A DNA stretch of 64,000 bases from Candidatus Nanopelagicales bacterium (GTDB taxonomy: Bacteria > Actinomycetota > Actinomycetes > S36-B12 > CAIYMF01), in NCBI GenBank assembly GCA_017882705.1, contig JADGOZ010000067.1, positions 12,295 through 76,294 of the forward strand, in the 5' to 3' direction. A model generated the notes under the pieces. The model was not told the origin of the DNA and did no database searches. It saw only the letters and a program-made list of their open reading frames with translations. The translations under genes and the position numbers were made by a program. Of this stretch, positions 35,196 through 44,455 are shown piece after piece; position 1 is the first letter of the stretch; the number at the start of each line of letters is the position of its first letter.

Positions 35196-35990
35196 ATGAG
35201 CCCGCACAGCCTGTCGATCGACGTCGTCGTCAGCTTCGACTTCGACGCCGAGGAGGTGTGGATCGGCGAGGACCCCGCCAACGCCGACAAGCCCGGTGTC
35301 CTGTCCCAGGGCGCGTACGGCGCCAAGGTGGCGGTCCCGCTCCTGCTCGACCTGATGCATCGCCTCGACCTGCCGGCCAGCTTCTTCGTGCCGGGTCGCG
35401 TCGCCGAGCGCTACCCGCACCGGATCGAGGAGATCCTCGAGGGCGGCCACGAGATCGGCCACCACGGCTACACACATACGTCGCCCGCGAGCCTGCGCGC
35501 GGAGCAGGAGGAGGCCGAGCTGGTCCGCGGGCGCGACGCCCTCATGGCGCTCGGGGCCGAGGTCGTCGGCTACCGGTCCCCGTCGTGGGAGCTCAGCGCC
35601 GTGACCCTCGACCTGCTCGTCGCGCACGGGTTCAGCTACTCGTCCAACCTGATGGACGACATCCGGCCCTACGTCCATCCGGACCACGACCTCGTGGAGC
35701 TGCCCGTCCACTGGACGTTCGACGACGCACCTCACTTCTGGTTCGACCTGCGCTCCTGGAACAAGACGGTGCGCACGTCGGCCGAGGTGCGGGCGCTGTG
35801 GGAGGAGGAGGTCGAGGGCATGCGGCGCCTCGGCGGCCTCGTGATGCTCACCATGCACCCCCAGATCATCGGCCGACCCGGACGGCTCGCCATGCTCGAG
35901 GACTTCTTGACCTGGGCGCGATCGCTTGCCGGAGTTCGCTTCTCGACCGCCCGTGCGGTGGCCGACGCGACCCGGAACGGCACACTGTGA
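35196..35990 (+). CDS. polysaccharide deacetylase family protein (NodB/PuuE-like)
   Basis: FFVPGRVAERYP ... GHEIGHHGYTH (NodB metal motif). CAGGAG lies upstream of the ATG at 35196. Confidence 0.8.
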   Translation: MSPHSLSIDVVVSFDFDAEEVWIGEDPANADKPGVLSQGAYGAKVAVPLLLDLMHRLDLPASFFVPGRVAERYPHRIEEILEGGHEIGHHGYTHTSPASLRAEQEEAELVRGRDALMALGAEVVGYRSPSWELSAVTLDLLVAHGFSYSSNLMDDIRPYVHPDHDLVELPVHWTFDDAPHFWFDLRSWNKTVRTSAEVRALWEEEVEGMRRLGGLVMLTMHPQIIGRPGRLAMLEDFLTWARSLAGVRFSTARAVADATRNGTL

Positions 35991-37114
35991 CGTTCCCGCA
36001 CGTCCGGGTCCGCGGGGACGCCCGGGAGCGCGGCCGCGGCTACGGGGCTCAGGCGGCCGTTCGCGTGCGCCGCAGTGTTGAGGCCTACGCCGCCATCTTC
36101 GAGCACTACGCCGGCTGGGACTGGGACAGGGTGCGCGTCGAGGCCGACCGCTACACCGAGCCGATCACCGCGTTCGGCCCGAAGTTCACCGAGGAGATCC
36201 GCGGCATCGCCGAAGGCGCGGGCCTGCCGTACCAGGACGTGCTGGCCATCAACGTCCGCACCGAGGTGATGTACGCCGCCAAGGCGCGCAACGCGGCCAT
36301 GACGCTGCCACGCACCCTCGAGTGCACCGCCTTCGCCGCGGTGCCCGACGACGACACGAGACCGGTCCTCATCGGCCAGAACTGGGACTGGAAGACCCAC
36401 GCGTCGGAAACCACCGTGGTGCTCGAGTCCGATCCCGACGACGGTCCTCGCTTCGTGACGGTCGTCGAGGCCGGCCTGCTCGCGAAGACGGGCTTCAACG
36501 CCGCCGGCCTCGGCGTGGTGACGAACGCGCTCGTCACCGACCAGGACGTCGGCGTCCCCGGGGTGCCCTACCACGTGCTGCTGCGCGCGATCCTCGATGC
36601 GACGACGCCGGCGCAGGCGCTCGCCACCCTGCAACGCGGAACGCGGTCGTCGTCGGCGCACTACCTCCTCGCGCATCGCGACCACCTCGCGCTCGGCGTG
36701 GAGGCCGCCCCCGGCGGGTTCGCCGACCTGCACGCGGCCCACCCGGACGATCGCGGGATCCTCCTGCACACCAACCACTTCACCCAGCCGCGGATGGAGC
36801 ACGTGGACGTCAGCGTCTGGCTCATGCCGGACTCGCTGTTCCGGCTGCAGCGCGCGGACAGGTGGCTCGACCGGCACGACCCGTTCGACCCGGCGACGTA
36901 CGAGGGGCTGCTCAGCGACCACGCGGGTCACCCGACCGGTGTGTGCTGCCACCCTGACCTGTCCGCCATCGCGCCGGAGCAGGACTCGACCGTCTTCAGC
37001 CTGGTCATGGACCTCGGGGCGTCGACGATGCGCCTGGCGGACGGCCGCCCCTGCGAGACGGCCTACCGGACCCTCGAGTACGCCGCGTTCCTCTCCGGCA
37101 CCGGCGCGCCGTAG
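35987..37114 (+). CDS. C45 family peptidase / acyl-CoA:6-APA acyltransferase-like protein
   Basis: 375 aa. LECTAFAAV (N-terminal nucleophile Cys context) ... GQNWDW ... and a HTNHF-type motif. The GTG at 35987 overlaps the upstream stop (GTGA). Confidence 0.72.
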   Translation: MTFPHVRVRGDARERGRGYGAQAAVRVRRSVEAYAAIFEHYAGWDWDRVRVEADRYTEPITAFGPKFTEEIRGIAEGAGLPYQDVLAINVRTEVMYAAKARNAAMTLPRTLECTAFAAVPDDDTRPVLIGQNWDWKTHASETTVVLESDPDDGPRFVTVVEAGLLAKTGFNAAGLGVVTNALVTDQDVGVPGVPYHVLLRAILDATTPAQALATLQRGTRSSSAHYLLAHRDHLALGVEAAPGGFADLHAAHPDDRGILLHTNHFTQPRMEHVDVSVWLMPDSLFRLQRADRWLDRHDPFDPATYEGLLSDHAGHPTGVCCHPDLSAIAPEQDSTVFSLVMDLGASTMRLADGRPCETAYRTLEYAAFLSGTGAP

Positions 37115-37118
37115 CCGG

Positions 37119-38669
37119 CTACTTCTTCGGACGCTTCGTACGGACCCGTAGGTTGACCCGGACCGGGGTCCCCTCGAAGCCGAACTCCTCACGCAGTCGA
37201 CGCTCGATGAAGCGGCGGTAGCCGGCCTCGAGCCAGCCCGACGTGAAGAGCACGAACGTCGGCGGCTTGGTGCTGGCCTGCGTGCCGAACAGGATCTTCG
37301 GCTGCTTCCCGCCACGCACCGGATGCGGGTGCGAGGCCACGAGCGTGCCCAGGAAGGCGTTGAGCTTCGAGGTCGGGATGCGTGTCTCCCACCCGGCCAG
37401 AGCGGTCTCGAGCGCCGGGACGAACTTCTCCATGTGGCGACCGGTTCGAGCGCTCACGTTGACGCGTGGTGCCCAGTGCACCGCGATCAGGTCGCGCTCG
37501 ATCTCGCGCTCGAGGTACTTGCGGCGCTCCTCGTCGGTGAGGTCCCACTTGTTGAACGCCAGCACGAGGCAGCGGCCGCTCTCGATGACCATCGACAAGA
37601 TGCGGGTGTCCTGCTCGGTGAGCGGCTCCTGCGCCTCGAGTAGGACTACCGCGACCTCGGCCTTGTCGAGGGCGCCACGCGTGCGCAGCGACGCGTAGTA
37701 CTCATGACCGCTGGCCTCGTTGACGCGGCGCCGGATTCCCGCGGTGTCGACGAAACGCCATGTCACGCCTGCGATGTCGATGAGCTCATCGACGGGGTCG
37801 ACGGTCGTGCCGGCGACCGAGTCGACGACCACGCGCGTCTCGCCGGCGAGCTTGTTGAGCAGGCTCGACTTGCCGACGTTGGGCTTGCCGAGCAGCGCCA
37901 CCCGACGAGGTCCGCGCGGGGCCGCCGTACGGCTGCCCTCGGCCGGGAAGGCGTCGACGACGGCGTCGAGGAGCTCGCCGGACCCACGACCGTGGAGCGA
38001 GGAGACCGCGAACGGCTCCCCCAGCCCGAGCGACCAGAGCATCGCGGCGTCGGCGTCGCTGCGTGCGTCGTCGACCTTGTTCGCCACGAGGATCACGGGC
38101 TTCTTGGTGCGACGCAGCACCTTCACGACGTCCTCGTCGGCGTCGGTGGCGCCGACGGTCGCGTCGAGGACGAACAGGATCACGTCGGCCTCGAACATCG
38201 CGCGCTCGGCCTGGGCGGCCACCTGCGCCGCGAGGCCGTCCGCCTCCTTCTCCCACCCGCCCGTGTCGACCATGAGGAACCGGTGTCCGGTCCACTCCGC
38301 CTCGTACGTGACGCGGTCGCGCGTCACGCCGGGCACGTCCTCGACGATCGCCTCGCGACGCCCGAGCACGCGGTTCACCAGCGTGGACTTGCCGACGTTG
38401 GGCCGCCCCACGATCGCGACCACCGGAAGGAGCTCGTCCGGGTCGTCGTCGTAGGCGTCGAAGTCGTCGATGTCGAACCCGAGCGCCACGAGGGCGGACG
38501 GGTCGAAGTCCTCGTCGTCGGCGAGGTCGCCCAGGTCGGGCACGTCGGCGTCGCCGTCGAGGTCGTCGACCTCCACCACCTCGTCGTCGTCCCAGGCGGC
38601 GGTGTCCTCGTCGTAGCCGAGCTCGTCGTCGACCAGCGAGGGGTCGAGGTCCTGGTCGTCGGTGCTCAC
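37119..38669 (-). CDS. der: ribosome-biogenesis GTPase Der (EngA) with long acidic N-terminal extension
   Basis: Two GTPase domains ([12 protein letters not shown] ... DTGG; [12 protein letters not shown] ... DTAG) plus a KH-like C-terminus. The first 80 aa or so are poly-Asp/Glu. GTG start at 38669. Confidence 0.93.
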   Translation of the reverse strand: MSTDDQDLDPSLVDDELGYDEDTAAWDDDEVVEVDDLDGDADVPDLGDLADDEDFDPSALVALGFDIDDFDAYDDDPDELLPVVAIVGRPNVGKSTLVNRVLGRREAIVEDVPGVTRDRVTYEAEWTGHRFLMVDTGGWEKEADGLAAQVAAQAERAMFEADVILFVLDATVGATDADEDVVKVLRRTKKPVILVANKVDDARSDADAAMLWSLGLGEPFAVSSLHGRGSGELLDAVVDAFPAEGSRTAAPRGPRRVALLGKPNVGKSSLLNKLAGETRVVVDSVAGTTVDPVDELIDIAGVTWRFVDTAGIRRRVNEASGHEYYASLRTRGALDKAEVAVVLLEAQEPLTEQDTRILSMVIESGRCLVLAFNKWDLTDEERRKYLEREIERDLIAVHWAPRVNVSARTGRHMEKFVPALETALAGWETRIPTSKLNAFLGTLVASHPHPVRGGKQPKILFGTQASTKPPTFVLFTSGWLEAGYRRFIERRLREEFGFEGTPVRVNLRVRTKRPKK

Positions 38670-38766
38670 GAGTCACTCCGGGTCTGGTGCGTGGGGCGGG
38701 ATGGACGGGCGGGGGTTCTACGGAGGGTGCTGCGGCGCGTGGTGAGACGGCCAGCGGTCCCGGTCA

Positions 38767-39489
38767 TCAGTCGGTCCGGTCCCGGACCAGGCCGACCACG
38801 ACGTCGATCACCTCGACGAGCCCGAGTTGGGTCGCGTCGACCACCACCGCGTCCTCCGCCTGAGTCGTCGGCGAGGCGGCGCGGCCGGCGTCGAGGGCGT
38901 CGCGGCGGGCCAGGTCGGCGGCCACGGCGTCTACGGCAGGCTCCGCGGCGGCCTCGGCCGAGGCGGGCAGGCGACCCGCGGCGGCATCCTCGGCGGCCCG
39001 ACGGGCCGCCCGGACCACGGGGTCGGCGACGAGCCAGACCTTGAGGTCGGCGTCCGGGAGCACCACCGAGCCGATGTCGCGGCCCTCGACCACGATCCCC
39101 TGACCGGCGGCCAGCGCGTCGGCGACGGCCTGGCGCTGCAGGCCGACCAGCACGGCGCGGGCCCGCGGCTCCGCAGCGACGGCGGACACGGCCGACGTCA
39201 CGGCCTCGTCGCGGATCGTCCGGGACACGTCGACGCCGTCGACCTCGATCACCGACTCGTCCGGGTCGGTCGACCAGGACAGCCGGGCCGACCGCGCGGT
39301 CGCTGCGACGGAATCGGCGTCGTGGACGTCGGCCCCGTCGCGCAGGACCGCCCAGGTGACGGCGCGGTACATCGCACCGGTGTCCAGATAGCGCAGGCCG
39401 AGCGCTCGCGCCGCTCCGCGCGACACGCTGGACTTGCCCGAGCCGGAGGGACCGTCGACAGCGACGACGGCGGTGGCGGGGGTCGACAC
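38767..39489 (-). CDS. cmk: cytidylate kinase
   Basis: VAVDGPSGSGKSSVSR ... YLDTGAMYR. The GTG at 39489 is preceded by AGGAG at 5-nt spacing. Confidence 0.9.
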   Translation of the reverse strand: MSTPATAVVAVDGPSGSGKSSVSRGAARALGLRYLDTGAMYRAVTWAVLRDGADVHDADSVAATARSARLSWSTDPDESVIEVDGVDVSRTIRDEAVTSAVSAVAAEPRARAVLVGLQRQAVADALAAGQGIVVEGRDIGSVVLPDADLKVWLVADPVVRAARRAAEDAAAGRLPASAEAAAEPAVDAVAADLARRDALDAGRAASPTTQAEDAVVVDATQLGLVEVIDVVVGLVRDRTD

Positions 39490-39714
39490 GATCGCTCCTG
39501 CTCGTCTCGGGCGCACCGGGTGAGGGTGCCGTGGTCGGGTGGCGGGCCTGCGACCAGCGCAGGACCGGACCTGAGCCTACGGCGTCTCCGCACGTCCCAC
39601 GCCTGCGCCGAGCGTGACAGCCGTCTCGAGATCGAGAAGTCACTGTGTCGACATACTCCGCGGGATGCGCCCACCAGGACCGAATTGTCGATGAATCGGC
39701 GTATCTCTGAAATG

Positions 39715-40791
39715 CTAGTCGCGGACCTCGAAGCCGTCCTCGCGCAGTCCCTCCGCGAGCAGCACCGCGCTGCTCGGCCGCACCTCGAGCTCCACGAGAC
39801 CGGTCGGTCGGCCCTGGGCGTGGTCGATCCGCACGTCCTCGAGGTTGACCCCGGTCCGCGCCGCGGAGGCGAACAGACGCCCGAGCTCGCCCGGGCGGTC
39901 CTCGATGACCACGGGGACGACGGCGTAGGGCACCGGTTCGGTGCCGTGCTTGCCCGGCACCTTGGCGACCCCGTGCACACCGGCGCTCAACGCTGCGCGC
40001 ACCGCGAGCGGACCGCCGCGCTCCCCGCGCAGTCCGTCACGGACCACCGCCAGCCGCTCGATGAGCCCGTCGATGGCCGCCGAAACCGGCTCGGCATTGC
40101 TCGTCAGGATCTCGGTCCACAGGTCGGGGTCCGACGCGGCCAGACGGGTCATGTCCCGCAGCCCCTGGCCGGAGAGCCGAACCTCGGCCGTGCCCAGGCT
40201 GTCCAGCCCGGCAGCCACGAGCGAGGACACCACCTGCGGCGTGTGCGACGTGAGGGCCACCGCCCGGTCGTGCTCCTCCGGGGTGGTCGTGACGACGACG
40301 GCGCCCAGGCTCTCGATCAGCCCCGCCACCTGCGCCGTGCGCTGAGGGTCGGTGTCAGCGGACGGTGTCAGAGCCCAGACCCGGTCCGCGAACAGGTCGG
40401 CGCGGGCCGCCGCAGGCCCGGAGACCTCCCGGCCTGCCAACGGGTGACCCGGGACGAAACGTCCGAAATCCGGTGCCATACTCTCGACCTCCCGTTGAAG
40501 TCGAGTCTTGGTACTCGCCACATCGCTTACTGTCGCATTGAGGTAGCGACGAAGTGACTCGATGACGACTTGCGCTGTCATGACCGGGGGGACGGACACG
40601 ATCACGAGGTCGGGATCGTCCTGGGGCGGCCCCGGTCTGCCTGCGCCGCGCTCCACGGCCACCCGGACCGACTCCGGATCGGTGTCCTCCAGCCAGACCG
40701 ACACCCCCCGTGCGCGCAGGGCGAGCCCGATCGAGGCGCCGATGAGCCCGGAGCCGACGATGAGGACCGAGCCCACTCCCGGCGCGGTCAC
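39715..40791 (-). CDS. tyrA: prephenate dehydrogenase (with C-terminal ACT-like domain)
   Basis: Rossmann motif LIVGSGLIGASIG, then DVASTK ... GHPLAG ... HDRAVALTSHTPQ. The GTG at 40791 overlaps the aroH stop (GTGA). The longer ORF to 40989 is antisense-like Arg-rich sequence. Confidence 0.88.
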   Translation of the reverse strand: MTAPGVGSVLIVGSGLIGASIGLALRARGVSVWLEDTDPESVRVAVERGAGRPGPPQDDPDLVIVSVPPVMTAQVVIESLRRYLNATVSDVASTKTRLQREVESMAPDFGRFVPGHPLAGREVSGPAAARADLFADRVWALTPSADTDPQRTAQVAGLIESLGAVVVTTTPEEHDRAVALTSHTPQVVSSLVAAGLDSLGTAEVRLSGQGLRDMTRLAASDPDLWTEILTSNAEPVSAAIDGLIERLAVVRDGLRGERGGPLAVRAALSAGVHGVAKVPGKHGTEPVPYAVVPVVIEDRPGELGRLFASAARTGVNLEDVRIDHAQGRPTGLVELEVRPSSAVLLAEGLREDGFEVRD

Positions 40792-41150
40792 TGCGCCAGG
40801 TCCTGGCGCAGCACCTCGGCGCCGCGCAGGTAGACGTGGACGACCTCCGAGCGCGGGCGCTCCAGGTGCGCGTGCGCCATGACCCGCACGACCCGCGACA
40901 GGGCGCCGGCGACGGCGATCTCCTGGGCGCAGATGAGCGGGACGTCGCCGAGGCCGAGACCACGGGCGGCGGCGGCCGGGAACATGCACACCAGGTCAGG
41001 TGTCGCGGTGAAGACCATGGACACCAGGTCCTCGGCGGTCATGGCGTTGCGCTCGAGCATCGCCTCGACCAGCTCGACCACGGCCTCGGTCATCTCGGCC
41101 GGGTCGTCGGCCGTCAGCCGGGTGGCACCCCGGATCGCTCGCACTGGCAC
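40788..41150 (-). CDS. aroH: chorismate mutase, AroH class
   Basis: 120 aa. VRAIRGATRL...EAVVELVEAMLERN...DLVSMVFTATPDL is the AroH-type signature. The GTG start has GAGAGAGG upstream. Confidence 0.85.
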   Translation of the reverse strand: MPVRAIRGATRLTADDPAEMTEAVVELVEAMLERNAMTAEDLVSMVFTATPDLVCMFPAAAARGLGLGDVPLICAQEIAVAGALSRVVRVMAHAHLERPRSEVVHVYLRGAEVLRQDLAQ

Positions 41151-41512
41151 CGCACACCTCTCTCAGGTCAGCGATCACCTTAGCGATCGGACGATCACTC
41201 GCCTTGCAGACTCACCGATGTCGCGCCACATCTGTTCATCGCCTGAGATGCTTACCGCTTTAGCCTTTTGTCGATTACCAGTCTTACCGACTGCTCTCTC
41301 TAGCACTAACTCGTTGCCTCGCTAGTGCGACAACCGTGCCGGCCCCGTGGCTCGCTCCCCCAGCTGCTCCCTGGACCCCGAGCCCGAGCGCCCTCGCGCG
41401 GCCTGGACCCACTGGCTCGAGGCCTCCACTCGAGCCGGCCACGCCACTCATGGCTCTGACCTGCACCGACGGCGTCCGCGTGTCCCTGCACAAGGGCGCC
41501 GCTCCGATCGGT

Positions 41513-41575
41513 AAAGTCGACACATCGCTTCACGGTGGGTGATGGAGTCAACGACACAAAGTCGACTCAACGACA
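41513..41575. repeat. short direct repeats in non-coding DNA (AAAGTCGAC x2; TCAACGACA[CA]AAGTCG x2)
   Basis: AAAGTCGAC occurs at 41513-41521 and 41558-41566. TCAACGACA occurs at 41548-41556 and 41567-41575, each followed by AAGTCG. Read directly from the sequence. Confidence 0.8.
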
Positions 41576-41621
41576 AGTCGTCCAGGGTGGCTCAGACGTG
41601 AGTCCTGCCACGCGCATTTGT

Positions 41622-41647
41622 CGATCTAGCGATGGGGCGATCTAGCG
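41622..41647. repeat. direct repeat CGATCTAGCG x2, 16-bp period, just downstream of the rluB stop
   Basis: CGATCTAGCG occurs at 41622-41631 and at 41638-41647. Each copy contains the CTAG tetranucleotide, which I expect to be rare in high-GC actinobacterial DNA. Confidence 0.8.
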
Positions 41648-41655
41648 CGATTCGC

Positions 41656-42399
41656 TCACAGACCCACAGACGCGTAGAGCTCGCCCACCTCGCCGATCGT
41701 GAGCGTCCGCAGCTTCCCCGAGCGCAGGTCACCAAGGCCGATCGGGCCGACCTTGACCCGGACCAGGCCTTCGACCGGGTGCCCGACCGCGGCCAGCAGC
41801 CGGCGGACGACGTGCTTGCGCCCCTCGTGCAGGACGAGCTCGACGAGGGCGCGGCCGGGCGCCGAGGTGACCACCCGGAACCGGTCGACGCGGACGATCC
41901 CGTCCTCCAGCTCGACCCCCTCGCGCAGACGCTTGCCGAGGTCACGGGGGATGGTGCCCTTGACCTGGGCGAGATAGGTCTTGGCGACACCGTGCGACGG
42001 GTGCGCGAGCCGCTGGGCGAGCTCTCCGTCGTTGGTGAACAGCAGGAGGCCCTCGGTGTCGGCGTCGAGTCGGCCCACGTGGAACAGTCGCTCCTTGCGA
42101 CCGCGCAGGTAGTCCCCCACGCAGGGCCGGCCCCGCTCGTCGGTCATCGTCGAGTGAACCCCGCGCGGCTTGTTGAAGGCCAGCACCACGTGCCCAGGCG
42201 CCGTCGGGATGCGCATGCCGTCGACCTTGATCACCGAGCTGCGCGGATCCACCCGGAGGCCCTGCTCGAGGACGATCCGACCGTCGACCTCGACCCGGCC
42301 TTCGTCGATCATCTCCTCGCAGGCCCGTCGTGAGCCGATGCCGGCTGCGGCCAGGACCTTCTGGAGGCGGATCTGCGTGCTGGTGTCATTCGTGACCAT
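41656..42399 (-). CDS. rluB: 23S rRNA pseudouridine synthase RluB-like (S4 domain + PseudoU_synth_2)
   Basis: S4 domain RLQKVLAAAGIGSRRACEEMI, then HVGRLDADTEGLLLFTNDG ... K.Y. The position matches Rv1711. Confidence 0.9.
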   Translation of the reverse strand: MVTNDTSTQIRLQKVLAAAGIGSRRACEEMIDEGRVEVDGRIVLEQGLRVDPRSSVIKVDGMRIPTAPGHVVLAFNKPRGVHSTMTDERGRPCVGDYLRGRKERLFHVGRLDADTEGLLLFTNDGELAQRLAHPSHGVAKTYLAQVKGTIPRDLGKRLREGVELEDGIVRVDRFRVVTSAPGRALVELVLHEGRKHVVRRLLAAVGHPVEGLVRVKVGPIGLGDLRSGKLRTLTIGEVGELYASVGL

Positions 42400-42411
42400 T
42401 ATGTCTCAATC

Positions 42412-43191
42412 TTAACTTGAGGTTTGCTCGATGAAGTCATCAAGCAACTCGATGTCGGGCAGGTAATCCGCAACCGGGGGCAGAGCGTCGAGCGTCGTGA
42501 GGCCCAGCCGCTCCAGGAACAGCTCGGTGGTCCGGTACAGGATCGCGCCGGAGCTCTCGTCGTGACCCGCTTCGGCAACCAGTCCCCTGCTGGTCAGCGT
42601 GCGGATGACGCCGTCGACGTTGACCCCGCGGACGGCCGAGATGCGCGAGCGGCTCACCGGCTGCCGGTAGGCCACCACCGCGAGCGTCTCCAGCGCTGCC
42701 TGGGTCAGCCGCGCCTGCTGACCGTCGCGCACGTAGCGCTCGACGATCTCCGCGCACTCCGACCGTGTGTAGAACCGCCACCCGCCGGCGACCTCGCGCA
42801 GGTCGAAACCCCGTGCGGCGTCGGTGTAGTCGGCCGCCAGCGCGCGCAGGCGCTCCTGCACCTCGTCGGCCGGGCGGCGGACGAGCGACGCGAGGGTCGC
42901 GACGTCGATCGGCTGGTCGGTCACCAGCAGCACCGCCTCGAGAGCTGCGTCGAGCGACGGCGCGCCGAGCGTGGCCTCGAGCACGTCGTCCTCGGACGTG
43001 CCGTCCTCGGGCCCGCCGTGGCCGTGCGCCGGCGCCACCTCGACGTCCTCCCCGTCGCCCAGCAGCCCCGGGGCGCCAGAAGGTGCCGCGGGGGCCTCGC
43101 CGCCCTCGACGCGCGCTGGAACGGCCTCCAGGGCCTCGGAGCCGCCCGTCTCGGGGGCCTCGGGGGCGTTCGGGTGGTCGTGCGTGCTCAC
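42412..43191 (-). CDS. scpB: segregation and condensation protein B
   Basis: [12 protein letters not shown] ... [16 protein letters not shown] ... [38 protein letters not shown]. The GTG at 43191 overlaps the scpA stop. Confidence 0.9.
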   Translation of the reverse strand: [259 protein letters not shown]

Positions 43192-44288
43192 GCGTGCTCC
43201 TCCGTGCTGGGGGCCTGCTCGTCGCTGTCGTCGGGGCCAGCGGTCAGGTCGCCCGAGATGTCCTCGATGTCTGTGATGTCCCCGAGTGGCTGGGTCTGGT
43301 CGCCGCGGCCCGCGGCGAGTGCTTGCTCGATGTCGGCGAGCTCGACCTCCTCCGCCGGGAGGGCGTCGGGCGCAGCCGCGGGCGCGGCTTCGTACTCCTC
43401 CGCGGCCACGACGACCTCGCCCTCCGCGGGACCGGTCCAGCGGATGTGCAGCTCCCCCAGCGGAGAGACCTGGTCGAAGGCCACGGACCCGTCGCGGTAG
43501 AGCTCCAGCAGGGCCAGGAAGCGCGCCACGACGAGCAGCGTCGACTCGCAGTCGGCGGTCAGGCCGCGGAACGTGGCCGAGGGGTGCCGACGGAGGCGGT
43601 CGACGAGGATCGCCGCCTGCTCGCGCACGCTGACGCGCACTGCGTGGATGTGGCCGACCCCGACCTGGGGGACCGGTTTCGGCGCGAGCGCTTTGGCGGC
43701 GAGAGCCGCGAACTCCAACGGTCCCAAGCCGATCAGGACTTCAGGCAGGAGACCCGCGAACTGGGGGTCCAGGCCCACCTCGCGCGGGTGCCGACGTGAG
43801 CCGGTGCGCAGCAGGTCGGCGAGCACCGCCGAGACGTCCTTGTAGGCGCGGTACTGCAGAAGCCGCGCGAACAGGATGTCGCGAGCCTCGAGCAGGGCCA
43901 GGTCCTCCTCGTCCTCGACCTCGCCGGAGGGCAGCAGCCGGGCGGCCTTGAGGTCCAGCAGCGTGGCCGCTACCACGAGGAACTCCGTGGCCTCGTCGAG
44001 GTCCCACTCGGGCCCGCGCGCCCGGATGTGGGCGAGGAAGTCGTCGATGACGGTGTGCAGGGCGAGGACCGTGACGTCGAGACGGTGCTTGGCGATGAGC
44101 GAGAGCAGGAGGTCGAAAGGGCCTTCGAACTCGTCGAGCCGGACCGAGAAGCCGGTGCCCGCGCCCGCGTCCTCGGCGTCGGCGACGCCGATCTGGGCCC
44201 GCGCGCCGGGGTCGACGACGTCGCCCGCAGGCCCGGCGCCGGCGTCGGACGCCGACCGGGGCTGCTCCGTGGCCACCGCGTCGATCAC
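43188..44288 (-). CDS. scpA: segregation and condensation protein A (kleisin)
   Basis: FSVRLDEFEGPFDLLLSLIAKHRLDVT ... is the ScpA N-terminal motif. Both termini are acidic and extended. The start (GTG 44288) is uncertain. Confidence 0.87.
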   Translation of the reverse strand: MIDAVATEQPRSASDAGAGPAGDVVDPGARAQIGVADAEDAGAGTGFSVRLDEFEGPFDLLLSLIAKHRLDVTVLALHTVIDDFLAHIRARGPEWDLDEATEFLVVAATLLDLKAARLLPSGEVEDEEDLALLEARDILFARLLQYRAYKDVSAVLADLLRTGSRRHPREVGLDPQFAGLLPEVLIGLGPLEFAALAAKALAPKPVPQVGVGHIHAVRVSVREQAAILVDRLRRHPSATFRGLTADCESTLLVVARFLALLELYRDGSVAFDQVSPLGELHIRWTGPAEGEVVVAAEEYEAAPAAAPDALPAEEVELADIEQALAAGRGDQTQPLGDITDIEDISGDLTAGPDDSDEQAPSTEEHA

Positions 44289-44455
44289 GCGCGAACGCTA
44301 CCTGTCGCGGCGGGTGCTACGAGCACGACCCGCGGGGGCACCCATGCCGGTCGTGCGCCTCGACACCGCAGAAGCGACCTGAAGATATGACGACAAACCG
44401 CCTTGGTCAGCCCCCTGACCTGCGATGACGCTCGAGAAGGCGCAGGCGGGGCCTG

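Noticed and set aside
39640-39654. A mini-ORF ATG-TCG-ACA-CAG-TGA (MSTQ) created by the GAGTATGTCGACA motif upstream of cmk
   Set aside because: The SD spacing is about 1 nt, so there is no functional ribosome-binding site. The same motif at parA is in a different context. It is kept only as part of the motif finding, not called as a gene.
41284-41557. Three overlapping 68-83 aa ORFs in the rluB-aroH gap as protein-coding genes
   Set aside because: By hand count, third-position GC is only about 70-76%, which looks low next to the neighbouring genes. No SD is present. The products are Pro/Gly/Arg/Ser-rich, and the frames are mutually exclusive.
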